From: Candidatus Cloacimonadota bacterium | Lineage (GTDB): Bacteria > Muiribacteriota > UBA6191 | DNA: 64,000 nucleotides | Assembly: GCA_023954715.1 (NCBI GenBank) | Contig: JAGSHD010000006.1 | Location: 132,515 to 196,514 of the forward strand | Direction: 5' to 3' | Notes under the pieces: model-generated | The model's database searches: none | The model's input: the letters and a program-made list of their open reading frames with translations, nothing else | What the model was told of the DNA's origin: nothing | Translations under genes and position numbers: made by a program | Shown: positions 41,401 to 53,100 of the stretch, piece by piece | Layout: each line of letters starts with the position of its first letter | How positions within the stretch are numbered: the first letter of the stretch is position 1

Positions 41401-43963
41401 TATACTCTTGAGGACTTCTTAGATAGTTAAAAACTTTTATTTCAGACTTTAACAAATCAATTTCTGAAGTCAAAGTCTCCTCAACACTAATTGATAGAAG
41501 TGGGAGCGAGTTTTCACGTGGTAAGGTATCTGCATTGTAATAAGCATGGTCTTGTGGAGTAAAAGTGACAATCAAGTTAGGTGATAAAGACTCTGTATCT
41601 AGTTGAAGCACTATAGACTCAACAAACGAGTTACCTACCTTATCTCTCATTGTAATTTGAAACAGATAAGTACCATCAGTAACCATAGCAGAGGGACCAG
41701 ATGAATTAGGATAAAAGTCTATAGTTCTTGGATCAAAAACCTCTAATCGACCTTCTACTACATGAGTTGGATCTGTCTCTAAAGGGCCAATACACGATAC
41801 AGTTGAAGTCATAGGGTCAGCACCAGACACCACAAGATTTGAACTATCATCACTCATAACCAAACGTAAAGGAGATGGAGCTGCGTTTATAACCGACCCA
41901 TCAGAAGGAGTAACGAATTGTCGAAACAACTTGGGAGCCAAGGAGTCTACTATAAAAGCTTGAGGTTCACGAAAAGAAGGTACTAAAGTATTACCAGCAG
42001 AGTCTCGGCCTCCCGTGACCAAAATCTCTACTGCCCCATCATTTTTACCATCATTTGATGATTGAACTACATATTGGTATTCAAACTCTAGACCATTATC
42101 AAAAGTATTAGACAATCCAACCTGCTGAGCATAACCTGCTTGTTGTGTAACCCAAACAAAAGGTGCCTCTTCTAGTTTTTCAGAAAGTAGAACTTTTATA
42201 TTTACTGTAGTCCCTGGTAAAAAAAAGATTGGATCTCCACTTTCAATAACAGCATTATTAATTTTGATATTTTTTACAGTTGGAGCTGTTCTATCAATCT
42301 TTATAACTAATTGAGTTTTAGACCCTGGTCCTGAGTTTTGAGCTTTATCTTTAGATATAATATCAACAGTATACTCACCGTCTTGCACATCTCCAATACT
42401 TATAAGGCCTCTAAACTCATCTTCAAGTGCACCAATATTTGCAGCGGGTCTAACATTAAAGTTGGTAGGAGAATGAACAAAGACTCCCCCTTCTGGTTCT
42501 AAACCATCACCATCTATTAAAATTGTATTTGAATTAGTAGCAAAAAATGTATCTTGAGTTAACAAATTTGGAGCACTCGGAGCAACTCGATCAAAAATTA
42601 CAGACCCTAAGTTATGTGGAGGAGAAAACTCTTCTAATGTGGCATCATCCGGTCTTGGAGAAATAACAATTGCTTGCACCTCTAAGGATGCATTTTGGTT
42701 TGGGTTTAAAGCATCAAAAGGAATAGAGATATCCTTCTGGAAGGAAACTCCAGCTGCTACGTTGGTTAGCTGCTCTTCTACTAAAAATTGACTCCCTGAC
42801 ACAATGGATGATACTCGAAACATGATCCTGTGAGTATCAACCTCATTACACACAGCACCCAAAACAGATATAGATTGATTCTGTCCAATGAAAGCCCCAT
42901 CAAATGGTTGCATACTTAACAAGTTGAAACATGGCTCTAATGTCAATCGTCGAACTACTTGGGTTTCAGCTGTTGCTTGATTTCCAGCCGCATCAAAAGC
43001 GATAACCGTATACGTTGTTTCTGTTGTGCCTGCTATAGATACTGTTGGATCTCTTTCTAACTCAACTCCTGCTATTGTTACTCTACCACTCAAGTCTGTC
43101 ATTCTAATTAATTTGTTAGTATTTCGAGAGTTTGTGACGTGAACTTGAGCAAAAGGCTCATTCGTCTCTACAATTAATCCAAACACCGCCAGCTCGGTTG
43201 GTCCTGCGGGATCAGCTGTACCCCCAGGTAATGTCGTACTTACGCCGGTAATGACAGGAGCAGTTGTATCATGAAACATTCTAAGAAAATCACTTTCTTT
43301 TTGAATACCAAGATTGCTAGCCCCTTGATCTAATACCTGTGCCTTGAGTTGAACTAAATTTAATTGATTTGCTACAAGAGGTATATTGGTAATTACACCA
43401 TTACCTGTTGAAAAAACCGTATCTGACTTTACTTCTGTTCCGTTGATAAAAGTCTTTATTTCATAACTACTAGCGTTTCCATTTAAAGTATAATGAGCTT
43501 CAATCTCTGGTTGAGTAGTATATAGACTAATAGCCCCACCGGACTCCTGTAGATGGTTTAGAGTCAAATTAGTTACGTTATATTCAAGATCTCTTACAAT
43601 ATTATTTATCGTTGTTGTTACTGGAGTAACAGCAACAGAAAAACCAACAACCGTTAGAGCAAAAGAGTTGCTTCCTTCGTTTAGCGATAACTTAACAAAG
43701 AAGTCCTCTTCTCCCGTATGGCTAAATTGCTCTCTCGAATTTATTATTTGATTGGGAAAGCCTTGACGTATAGCTCGTACACTATAGACTCCAGGATCAG
43801 CTTTCAATCGTAACTTTAAAGCTATTGACGAACCAGTTCTACTATTTAAATTGGATTGACTTAAAGAAGGTAACACTTCAATAATATTGAATTCTTGAAT
43901 TGCCCCATACGCAAATGTATTAAAAAGTATATATAAAAAAACGATTAGCCGTTTAGCTGTCAT
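38468..43963 (-). CDS. Giant secreted surface protein (1831 aa) with T9SS-type C-terminal sorting-domain-like tail
   Basis: Signal peptide. Long Ig/FN-like repetitive body. C-terminus PNP...LSLYDSASSRI...LANGIYFMKIQ...KKIVKLAIIK. Confidence 0.7.
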   Translation of the reverse strand: MTAKRLIVFLYILFNTFAYGAIQEFNIIEVLPSLSQSNLNSRTGSSIALKLRLKADPGVYSVRAIRQGFPNQIINSREQFSHTGEEDFFVKLSLNEGSNSFALTVVGFSVAVTPVTTTINNIVRDLEYNVTNLTLNHLQESGGAISLYTTQPEIEAHYTLNGNASSYEIKTFINGTEVKSDTVFSTGNGVITNIPLVANQLNLVQLKAQVLDQGASNLGIQKESDFLRMFHDTTAPVITGVSTTLPGGTADPAGPTELAVFGLIVETNEPFAQVHVTNSRNTNKLIRMTDLSGRVTIAGVELERDPTVSIAGTTETTYTVIAFDAAGNQATAETQVVRRLTLEPCFNLLSMQPFDGAFIGQNQSISVLGAVCNEVDTHRIMFRVSSIVSGSQFLVEEQLTNVAAGVSFQKDISIPFDALNPNQNASLEVQAIVISPRPDDATLEEFSPPHNLGSVIFDRVAPSAPNLLTQDTFFATNSNTILIDGDGLEPEGGVFVHSPTNFNVRPAANIGALEDEFRGLISIGDVQDGEYTVDIISKDKAQNSGPGSKTQLVIKIDRTAPTVKNIKINNAVIESGDPIFFLPGTTVNIKVLLSEKLEEAPFVWVTQQAGYAQQVGLSNTFDNGLEFEYQYVVQSSNDGKNDGAVEILVTGGRDSAGNTLVPSFREPQAFIVDSLAPKLFRQFVTPSDGSVINAAPSPLRLVMSDDSSNLVVSGADPMTSTVSCIGPLETDPTHVVEGRLEVFDPRTIDFYPNSSGPSAMVTDGTYLFQITMRDKVGNSFVESIVLQLDTESLSPNLIVTFTPQDHAYYNADTLPRENSLPLLSISVEETLTSEIDLLKSEIKVFNYLRSPQEYKVSKPQSVSSSSVKFHFKEDLLKDGTDDGILVANATISDIAGNVSNPKVYQYTYDTKVPSVMDGINFPIPDGFEQRDSRIPSNRSVVKGPLNILSSYIFDQRSSNGYLGSGLRAQTDSQNTLPTSTVVLRLEHPFGSVPAGLITSSRIKFKADASGNAPVFGGPLVGRLLFELNVDPVSLDPIGLQTDGSMDGIYKMEILPVDLSLNVGEISTSYFMYDTITPNLSIALNNDIWITSGVLEFSGFAQDEQVINSAYPLFGGTNGLGVQKVEVRVESVNNIGSATYPEVLAWTEVPLNKKLVNYPKSQKFEFQFSQKFYNFKGDVRLTFRAIDKAGNERYVIKDLSLNSDLLSPPQLVSPIDGYRLSGGIQRFEWKTEPTANSYVLVITDKDNNSTEFPFDRETIQADVNLGFLQEGVASWRVIAIDGINQRSETSNGRTIIMDRSIPDVENYGFDRTILPDNLQGTILNGDLRFHITFTENMDTSKTPLVRFYPASKTIVNAFNQEVIEVYPPITLNQLSYEGNKYVGNFKILPEDGDVDYNGLGYIKVENYYDLSNNVGLTRTHNFEVDLGPYFEFRIFSHPSNDNEIIFVIKGLHQKGGTDEDVSQLPYMQIRQLKDPGTQSTADEIQIVNLTRLTSSAFHGGYLLNLNLSGSLQIEITGVDVQGNSITRVIPFQVKRLAFSQSKVSEISQAVSRIEPTFYVFPWTTNQKVNQDNLPLFNMFPKTSLAKDSNFEINLNDYVKGNVGKYAVMESSVDGLTYQTQIMQDDKIYLSSSNPSKLLLIEDSKNPILEIDQSIDLEALESDLLIKVEDLGVGVNLDALKVKINNSLHSVTYDEDSFIRVSKSKLQQGQMNNVEINAMDYLGNSKSLSLLVKPVGPIAFQESIVVPNPIRSSNAQLKLKLNRTATKVHLSLYDSASSRIHSQNMGQISKDSYLPLDQFNLDSLANGIYFMKIQIEDSDGNTNKKIVKLAIIK

Positions 43964-44142
43964 TTTATCAATCTAGGATGAAAGTATTTCATCAAAGCCT
44001 ATAAGTAATGTCTGATTAGTTTATTTAAAGTTGTACCTAGAAAATACATAGGAGTACAAAAGTAAACAAAAATGAACCGATATTGTATCACATCAGAAGT
44101 TACATACCCATAATTTTCAACTTTGAAAAATAGTTTTTATCT

Positions 44143-44176
44143 AAAAAAAAAGAGACCCACACATTGTGTAGGTCTC
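44143..44176 (-). terminator. Rho-independent terminator after rpoC
   Basis: On the minus strand, a GAGACC...GGTCTC stem is followed by a T9 run. Confidence 0.75.
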
Positions 44177-44207
44177 GATTTATTGACTAGTTAATATTGT
44201 TTAAATA

Positions 44208-47200
44208 TTAATCGTCGGATTCTGTTGATACATTCAACTCTTTTAAGAACTCTGTACCAAGATTATCTTCAAGAGAAATTTCGAAATTTCCTTCAAGTTC
44301 TTCTCGGTCTTCAGAACCATTAATTAAGCTCTCTTTATCATCAAAATCATATTTTAGGTATCTATCGAAACCAGTACCAGCTGGAATCAAGTTACCCATA
44401 ATAATGTTTTCTTTTAATCCACTTAAGTTATCAATCTTAGATTGGATTGCAGCGTTTGTAAGAACCTTAGTTGTTTCTTGGAACGAAGCGGCAGATAGAA
44501 AACTATCTGTAGTCAACGATGCCTTAGAAATACCTTGGATAATACTTACAGCAGTTGCAGGCTTAAATTTGTCTTTGATCAAAGCATCATTCGTTTTCTT
44601 AAATTCAAAAGCATTGATAATATTACCAGTGTTGTATGGAGAGTCTCCAGAACCAGTAATTCTTACCTTAGAAACCATTCGTCGAAGAATCGTTTCAACG
44701 TGCTTATCATTAATTGTTACACCCTGAGATGTATAAACCGTTTGTACTTCATTCAATAAGTATTTTTGAGCATCAAAGATACCTAAAGACTCACTTAATG
44801 ATTTAACATCAACATCGCCATCAGTTAACTTATCACCAATACTTACATATTCACCATCAGTTACAATAAGATCACCAAGTGCTCCTGTTACAACCTGCTT
44901 TTCAGAATTCTTTTCATTTTCAATAACAATATTGTTACCTCTAATTCTTAGAACTCCACTTCGAGATGAGATCAAAGAGTAAACTTTTGGATTTCTAACT
45001 TCGAATAGAGAGTTAATTCTTGGAAGACCCTGAACAATATCAGTAGTTTTCTTACCAGCACCACTCCATTTAGCTAAAATATCACCTGGCTTAATTTCTG
45101 CATTTTCTTTTACAAAGATTTCAGCACCATCTGGAATGGAGTGAACCTCTCCAGCTTGTACTTGAACGCTTTCGATAACTGATCTTACTTTTCCTGTTTT
45201 AGTTAAAGCATGAATCAATTTAACAGTACCATCAGACTCAGTTACCATACGAGCAATTTGATCACCCTTCTTAACTTCACCTTCTGTTACTAATACTTCG
45301 ATATCATCAGTTACAGTATATTTCTTTTCGTTTACTTCTTCTCTTGTAAAACAAACACCATCTTCTAAAGCCTCAAAGTTTGTATACTCTAAGAATTCAG
45401 TAATAGCATCACCTTTTTCTACTTTTTGACCATTCTTAACACAAAGTGGTAATCCAGTAGATAAGAAATAATCTTTTCCTGAATATACTAAGATAGATCG
45501 AACCATTTCTTCGCCAGTTCGCTTATTGTATTCAGTAATAAAGTTTACTTTACCTTCAATATCAGCAACGATTGGAGCAAAAGAGTTAATTAACTTAGCT
45601 CCCACTTCGACTTCGTCACCTTCAGCTACTAATAATTCAGCGTTTCCAGGAGTGATATACTCTCTAGATGTTTCATCATTAGTAATGATAATACGCTTAG
45701 ACTCAGATAATGCAGATACTTCTACTTTACCAACAGACTCACGCTTTTCATATAGATCTTGAGCGATTTCACTTGTTACTTCTTCACCGGCTTTGTATAA
45801 AACAGCACCTTCATGAGAGGCATCTTCCATGAAAACAGCTCCAACTAAAGATTCTGGCTGAAGATCTTCTTCAAGTAGTACAGATGATTTTGCATAATGA
45901 TCTTTAATTGCTACTGTTCCTTCTACTTCTGTGATGAAAGGAATCGTACCAGTTAATTTCTGACCAACTTCAACATCATCACCAGACTGAACAACAACAT
46001 TGTCAAATCTCAATTGGCAACTTTCAGGAATTACATATTCACGCTCATCCTTTATCAATACTCTACGTCTATCAACAGTTTTATTAGAAGCAGATCGGTA
46101 ACTAATCAACTTAACAATACCGTTACCTTCAGCTAAAAATCGAACTTGTTTATTATCTTCATCTAATTCAACATCCATTGAACCAGTCATATAGTATTCA
46201 CTTGATTTCTTGTGAATTACAGATAGAGTTTTTCTACCAGTATATTTAACTTCACCAGAGAATTCTGCAAAGATACTACATAGTTCATCGTTGGCTTTCA
46301 CCTGATCTCCAGATTTAACCTTAAGAACTACGCCTAAATCACCTGGTAAACCAATTGGCTTTGTAGCGGATGATTTTAGACCCTTTGGAGATTCATAGAT
46401 ATTATCTTCTAAATCATCAGAAGCGATAAAGATCATTCCGTTTTCTGAAATAACTCTTTGGTTTTTAATCTTAATATCTCTAAATTCTGCTGTACCATGG
46501 CTTGATGCAATAACAATAGATCTTTCTTTTTCAAGTAAGTATAAGTTATCACCAGCAGCTACAGTCTCACCATCTTCAACAGCAAGTGCAGATCCTTTAG
46601 GAATCTTATAAGAACCTAAAAGTTTTGTAGAATCGGCACTGTCATATACTTCGATCTCACCATCATGAACAACTACACCATCTTTACGAACGATGCTAGC
46701 AAATTTCACAACTCCACTGTAAGAAGTAATATATGTACTTGGATTGTACTCAACAAGAACTTGACCTGCAGTAACGAATTCGCCTTCTTCAACTCTTAAG
46801 ACCCCACCTTGTGGCATAACAAACTCATACTTCTTACCTTTTTTATCAGTAATTTTAAGTACTCCACCTGTTACAATCTTTTTAACGTTGTCATCAAATT
46901 CATCGTTTTCAGAAGCATCGTTTCCAGTATCAATCTGAAATCTAGCTCTTTCAACTTTATACTCATAAGTTAAGTCATCTAAAGAGATATGACCAGTAAC
47001 TTTTGCTTTTACCACAATTCTAGCTGCTTCAGCAATACCACCAGTGTGGAAGGTTCTCATTGTTAACTGAGTACCAGGCTCACCAATAGATTGTGCTGCA
47101 ATAACACCAACAGCAGTACCAATAGATACATTTTGACCTGTTGATAAATCAATTGCGTAACATTTTCTACAAACTCCCCATTCTACTTTACAAGTAATTG

Positions 47201-50162
47201 GAGATCGTACCCATACTTGTGGGTATACACGAACATCATCAATATCATGTGCTTTAAATTGCTCAATCAACTGTGGAGTGATCAATTGATCCGGACCACA
47301 GATAATAGAATTATCAACTAAGTTAACAACACATTCATCAGTTAACATTCCAGGCTTAATCTTATCAACTCTTAAAGAAGTTGTAGTTAAAGAAATTTGC
47401 TTAGCAATTTCTTTAGTAATTGTGATTCCACCTTTTAAAATAGTTTTATTTGTTTCAGGATGAACTACATCTTTTAACAATGTTCTAGCAAAGATACGAT
47501 CTTCAATTGGAATAACGATCTCATCCACTAAAATGTTGTTAGTTGTTCTTTTTCCACGAAGAGGAGACATTCTAAGACCATGTTCTGTACCACAATCTTC
47601 TGTAGTAACAATAACATCTTGAGCAACGTCAACTAATCTTCTTGTTAAATATCCTGAATCGGCTGTACGAAGAGCAGTATCCACAAGACCTTTTCTAGCT
47701 CCATAAGTAGAGATAAAATAATCGGTCATTGTAAGACCCTCTTTAAAGGATCTCTTGATCGGAACGTGCATAATATCCCCGTGCGGGTTAGACATCAATC
47801 CACGCATACCAGCCAACTGCTTCATCTGCTGAACATTACCTCTAGCCCCAGAAATTGCCATGGTATAGATCGGATTGAATTCTCCGTTTTCCCATTTTTG
47901 CTTATAGTGAGCCATCATATCATCTGTTACTTCTTCAGTAGCATTGATCCAAAGGTCAACTTCCGCTTTCTTACGCTCTTCAAGGTTAATCTCTTTATTA
48001 GAAAAACGATCTGCAATTTTCCTTGCTCGTTCTTCTGCAACTGCCATGATGTGATCTTTTCTAGGCGGCTTTTCTAGATCAGACAATGCAATTGTTAATC
48101 CAGAGAATGTTGCATATCTAAATCCAACATCTTTAATAGCATCCAAGAGTAGTACTGTTTCATTTGTACCACAAGTTTCATAACATAACTCGATAATATT
48201 CATTAGTTTCTTTTTATCGAAACGATAATTATGATATCCAATTTCATTTGGAATAATATCATTGAATAATACTCTACCAATTGTTGTCACATAATATTTG
48301 TTGAATTCATCTGTACCACGTTCTGCTTCTAGAGGGTTCTTAACAAGAACCGAATCATGCATTTCGTGATTTCCGTTTTCAAAGCTTAAAAGAGCTTCTT
48401 TTGCTGAAGAATATTTTTGTAAATCTAAAATAGTAACTTCAGGGATTTTTGCCTTTTTAATTACTTTGAACTCATCCAATTGGATAATACCAGATGCACT
48501 TACAATCTTAGTACCTGCTGCATCGCAGATATCATCATAAGCTACAGCAACTCCGCTTCCAAATTTAATCATTTCTTCTAGTGAAGGTACTTTTAATGAC
48601 TTCTTGCTACCAACTGGCATAGTCTTTGTTTTTTCCCACTTAACTTGGTTAGTCAGGTAAAAAGCACCAATAGACATATCTTGTGATGGAGCAGCTACTG
48701 CACGACCAGAAGAAGCAGCTAAAATGTTGTAAGAAGACATCATTAATATTCGAGCTTCTACTTGTGCCTCAAGTAAAAGTGGAATATGTACAGCCATCTG
48801 ATCCCCATCGAAATCGGCATTAAATGCACCACAAACTAATGGGTGTAACTGTATAGCTTTTCCTTGAACCAAGATTGGTTCGAAAGCTTGAATTCCTAAT
48901 CTATGAAGTGTAGGAGCACGGTTCAGCATAATTGGGTGATCTCTTACGATCTCCTCTAATACTTTCCATACGTTTTCATCTTCTTTTTCAATCAATTTTT
49001 TAGCTGATTTGATATTGTGTGCAAAAGCATACTCTACCAATTTATTCATGATAAAAGGCTTAAATAATTCAAGAGCCATCTTTTGTGGTAAACCACACTG
49101 ATGCAATCTTAAATCTGGTCCAACCACAATAACTGATCGACCAGAATAATCCACACGCTTACCAAGTAAGTTTTGTCTGAATCGTCCTTGCTTACCTTTT
49201 AACATATCATTTAGAGATTTTAGTGGTCTGTTTCCAGAACCAGTCACTAAACGACCTCTTCTACCATTATCAATCAAAGCATTTACTGCTTCTTGAAGCA
49301 TACGCTTCTCGTTTTTGATAATAATATCTGGAGCATTCAATTTCATTAATCGCTTTAAACGATTGTTTCTGTTGATTACTCTTCTATATAAATCATTTAA
49401 ATCAGAAGTAGCAAATCTACCACCATCTAGTTGAACCATAGGACGTAAATCCGGTGGAATAACTGGTAATACATCAATAATCATCCACTCTGGTCTATTT
49501 TTAGAGTTCATGAATACTTCAGCTACTTGTAGTCTATTTACAATATTTTGTTTTTTTGAACCTAAATCTTCACGTAATTTACGCTTTAAGTCCTCAACCA
49601 ATTTTGAAAGATCTAACTCTCTAAGTAGTTCTGCAACTGCAACCCCACCTGTACCAGCTCGATACATATCTCCATATCGTTCTTGATACTGAGCATGCTC
49701 GTCTTCACTTAAGATTTGCTTCTTAAGAAGAGGTAAACTACCTGGATCAATTACAATATAAGAGTTAAAGTACAATACTTTTTCAAAATCTCTTGCAGTA
49801 ATATCTAACAATAGAGCGATATAATTTGGTGTACCTTTTGAGTACCAGATATGAGCAACAGGAGCTACTAACTCAATGTGTCCCATTCTTTCACGACGCA
49901 CATTAGATCGAGTTACCTCAACACCACATCGTTCACAAACCAAACCCTTATATCGGATACTTTTATATTTCCCACAGAAACATTCCCAATCTTTGGTAGG
50001 TCCAAAGATACGCTCACAAAACAATCCATCTCTTTCTGGACGGTGAGTTCTGTAGTTGATTGTTTCTGGCTTTTTTACAACACCCTTTGACCATTGTCTA
50101 ACAGTCTCAGGAGAAGCAATACTAATTTGAATGGAAGATAATTCCTTAATTCCTTTTAACAT
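44208..50162 (-). CDS. rpoC: DNA-directed RNA polymerase subunit beta' with ~665-aa SBHM-repeat insertion in the trigger loop
   Basis: [12 protein letters not shown]. Trigger-loop halves [19 protein letters not shown] at ~aa 1040 and [14 protein letters not shown] at ~aa 1710. Repeated V.xGd.L SBHM motifs between them. Confidence 0.97.
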   Translation of the reverse strand: MLKGIKELSSIQISIASPETVRQWSKGVVKKPETINYRTHRPERDGLFCERIFGPTKDWECFCGKYKSIRYKGLVCERCGVEVTRSNVRRERMGHIELVAPVAHIWYSKGTPNYIALLLDITARDFEKVLYFNSYIVIDPGSLPLLKKQILSEDEHAQYQERYGDMYRAGTGGVAVAELLRELDLSKLVEDLKRKLREDLGSKKQNIVNRLQVAEVFMNSKNRPEWMIIDVLPVIPPDLRPMVQLDGGRFATSDLNDLYRRVINRNNRLKRLMKLNAPDIIIKNEKRMLQEAVNALIDNGRRGRLVTGSGNRPLKSLNDMLKGKQGRFRQNLLGKRVDYSGRSVIVVGPDLRLHQCGLPQKMALELFKPFIMNKLVEYAFAHNIKSAKKLIEKEDENVWKVLEEIVRDHPIMLNRAPTLHRLGIQAFEPILVQGKAIQLHPLVCGAFNADFDGDQMAVHIPLLLEAQVEARILMMSSYNILAASSGRAVAAPSQDMSIGAFYLTNQVKWEKTKTMPVGSKKSLKVPSLEEMIKFGSGVAVAYDDICDAAGTKIVSASGIIQLDEFKVIKKAKIPEVTILDLQKYSSAKEALLSFENGNHEMHDSVLVKNPLEAERGTDEFNKYYVTTIGRVLFNDIIPNEIGYHNYRFDKKKLMNIIELCYETCGTNETVLLLDAIKDVGFRYATFSGLTIALSDLEKPPRKDHIMAVAEERARKIADRFSNKEINLEERKKAEVDLWINATEEVTDDMMAHYKQKWENGEFNPIYTMAISGARGNVQQMKQLAGMRGLMSNPHGDIMHVPIKRSFKEGLTMTDYFISTYGARKGLVDTALRTADSGYLTRRLVDVAQDVIVTTEDCGTEHGLRMSPLRGKRTTNNILVDEIVIPIEDRIFARTLLKDVVHPETNKTILKGGITITKEIAKQISLTTTSLRVDKIKPGMLTDECVVNLVDNSIICGPDQLITPQLIEQFKAHDIDDVRVYPQVWVRSPITCKVEWGVCRKCYAIDLSTGQNVSIGTAVGVIAAQSIGEPGTQLTMRTFHTGGIAEAARIVVKAKVTGHISLDDLTYEYKVERARFQIDTGNDASENDEFDDNVKKIVTGGVLKITDKKGKKYEFVMPQGGVLRVEEGEFVTAGQVLVEYNPSTYITSYSGVVKFASIVRKDGVVVHDGEIEVYDSADSTKLLGSYKIPKGSALAVEDGETVAAGDNLYLLEKERSIVIASSHGTAEFRDIKIKNQRVISENGMIFIASDDLEDNIYESPKGLKSSATKPIGLPGDLGVVLKVKSGDQVKANDELCSIFAEFSGEVKYTGRKTLSVIHKKSSEYYMTGSMDVELDEDNKQVRFLAEGNGIVKLISYRSASNKTVDRRRVLIKDEREYVIPESCQLRFDNVVVQSGDDVEVGQKLTGTIPFITEVEGTVAIKDHYAKSSVLLEEDLQPESLVGAVFMEDASHEGAVLYKAGEEVTSEIAQDLYEKRESVGKVEVSALSESKRIIITNDETSREYITPGNAELLVAEGDEVEVGAKLINSFAPIVADIEGKVNFITEYNKRTGEEMVRSILVYSGKDYFLSTGLPLCVKNGQKVEKGDAITEFLEYTNFEALEDGVCFTREEVNEKKYTVTDDIEVLVTEGEVKKGDQIARMVTESDGTVKLIHALTKTGKVRSVIESVQVQAGEVHSIPDGAEIFVKENAEIKPGDILAKWSGAGKKTTDIVQGLPRINSLFEVRNPKVYSLISSRSGVLRIRGNNIVIENEKNSEKQVVTGALGDLIVTDGEYVSIGDKLTDGDVDVKSLSESLGIFDAQKYLLNEVQTVYTSQGVTINDKHVETILRRMVSKVRITGSGDSPYNTGNIINAFEFKKTNDALIKDKFKPATAVSIIQGISKASLTTDSFLSAASFQETTKVLTNAAIQSKIDNLSGLKENIIMGNLIPAGTGFDRYLKYDFDDKESLINGSEDREELEGNFEISLEDNLGTEFLKELNVSTESDD

Positions 50163-50165
50163 AAT

Positions 50166-53100
50166 TTAGTTTTCCTTCTCTGTATTAAATTCAATGTTCA
50201 ATCCTAAACCTTTAAGTTCTGAAATAATAACTTTAAATGATTCTGGGATATTTGGATTCATAACGTTGTTACCTTTAACGATATTTTCATATACCACTAC
50301 TCGGCCCTCAACATCATCAGATTTGATTGTTAGAAGTTCTCTTAGAACATGAGCTGCTCCATAAGCTTCAAGAGCCCAAACTTCCATTTCTCCAAATCTT
50401 TGTCCACCAAATTGCGCTTTACCACCCAACGGCTGTTGAGTAACAAGTGAGTAAGGTCCAGTGGATCTTGCGTGAATTTTATCTTCAACCAAGTGAATCA
50501 ACTTCAACATGTACATTATTCCAACCATAATTGGAGCTGCATATGCTTCACCGTTTTCACCATCATATAGAGTCATTCTTCCGTTTGCCGGCATGATAGG
50601 CTCTTGTCTTAGATTTGTAGTCGCATTTTTCTCAGTAAGTACTTTTGCAGCTTCTGCAAATTTATCATCAAGAAACTTTTCATTACTTACTTTGTTATGC
50701 TCATTAAATGAACTTGTAGCATACTTTTCACCAAGTACTCTACCAGCCCAACCTAAATGAGTTTCCATAACTTGTCCCAAGTTCATACGAGAAGGAACAC
50801 CTAGAGGATTTAAAATCACATCTACTGTTGTTCCGTCTGATAAAAATGGCATATCTCTTCTTGGGAAAATTTTGGAGATAACCCCTTTATTTCCGTGACG
50901 ACCAGCCATCTTATCACCTTCAGAGATGATACGTTTTTGAGCTAAATAAACTCTAACAAGTTTATTTACACCATAAGGAAGTTCGTCTTTATTTTCTCTT
51001 GAGAAAACAACAACATCAATTACTTTACCACGCCCACCATGAGGAACTACTAATGAAGTGTTTCTTACTTCTTTAGCTTTTTCTCCAAAGATTGCTCGTA
51101 ATAATTTATCCTCTGCTGTTAGTTCAGTTTCACCTTTTGGAGTGATTTTTCCAACCAAGATATCTCCAGGCTTGACTTCTGCTCCAATTTGAATGATCCC
51201 GTTATCATCTAAAACGCTTAATGCATCTTCAGAAATACTAGGAATATCTCTAGTGATTTCTTCTGCACCAAGTTTTGTATCTCTTGCTTCTACTTCAAGT
51301 GAACTGATATGAACAGAAGTATAAATATCTTCATGTACTAATCGTTCTGACAATACAATCGCATCCTCAAAGTTATATCCACGAAAAGGCATAAATGCAC
51401 AAATAACGTTTTTACCTAAAGATAGTTCACCTTGAGCTGTTGAAGGCCCATCAGCGATTACTTCATGCGCTTCAACCATTTCGCCTGCTTTAACACATGG
51501 CTTTTGATTGACACAAGTACCTTGATTCGATCTTGCATATTTTCTAAGTGGATATTTATCTACTTTTTCGAAATAGATACAGATTACGTCTTCACATTTA
51601 GCACGAAGTGTTTCTATATCTTTTGAAGTAAGAACATGTCCTACTTTGAAAAGAGTTTTTCCTTTAGTATCTTTTATCTCTGTTTCTACTGTTCTGTTTT
51701 CACAATAAGAGTAAAATTCAGGACCAAAATTATCTAAACAATCTTCTCTTTCTGTTCTTTTTACTTTTACTACAGTAGCATCAGTATAAACAACTTCACC
51801 CTTGAATTTAGCAGAAACACAAGCTCCAGAGTTTTGAGCTGTATAGCTTTCCATTCCTGTTCCAACGATTGGAGAATCAGTTCGAACTAATGGAACAGCT
51901 TGACGTTGCATGTTCGTACCCATCAAGGCACGGTTAGCATCATCATGCTCAATAAAAGGAATCAATGAAGAAGCAATAGAAATCATTTGTAGAGGTGAAA
52001 TATGAATCAACTCTGCTTCTTTTGCTTGTAACATTGTAAAATCTTGTTCCCCTTCAACATATTGCTTTACAGGGAATACATCTTCAACAAGATCATTACC
52101 AGTATAGAATCCTTGATTATAAGGAACAACTCTATACTTTTCTTCCATCAAAGCATCCATATATTCAAAGGATTCTGCTGGCTTTGTATTTTTGAAATGT
52201 CTCAATGGAGTAATTAAAAATCCATAACGATCAATTCTTGCACAAATAGCCATTGAACCAATCAATCCAGCATTTGGACCTTCAGGAGTTTCAATAGGAC
52301 AGATTCTTCCAAAGTGAGTTGGATGAACGTCTCTTACTTCGTAACCAGCACGTTCTCTTTTTAAACCACCAGGCCCAAGAGCAGATAATCTTCTCTTGTG
52401 TGTTAGTTCAGACAATGGATTTACTTGATCCATAAATTGACTTAACTGGGACGATCCAAAAAATTCATCAATAGATGATGAGATGGCTCGAGTATTGATT
52501 AACAATTGAGGAGTTAGATTATTAACGTCCTGGATTGTCATTCTTTCTTTGATTACTCTATCCATTCGAGCTAATGAAACTCGAAATTGGTTTTGAAGTA
52601 ATTCACCAACACGTCGGATACGTCTATGTCCTAAGTGATCGATATCATCTACAAAACCGACACCGATTGATAAATCGATGATATATTTCATTGTATGAAG
52701 AATATCTTCTGCATCAACAACACAGTGCTTTTGCAAGCAAATGGAGCCAGCAGGTACATCTTCATCTAACTTTTCAACATGCTTTTGCTTCAGGTTGTTT
52801 TGTCTATCAACTAATCTAAAGATAGTCTCATTTTCTAATGGCTCACCATCAGCAATGATTAACTCATCTGTTTCAGTATCATAGATATCACCAGCAACAC
52901 ATACACCTTCGTGTAACGGCTGACAAAGTCCTTCACCTTCAGCAAATTCTACAAGAAAGCTTTGCTTTGGTCTTTTAACAGTTAACTCGATATCATCTAA
53001 GGTACGGATTCGAATTTCATCGATTCGTGCATCAACCAAAGTAGATATAATATCTGCATCTAAAACATCGTCAGCTTTTACTAAAACTTCATCAGTTTTT

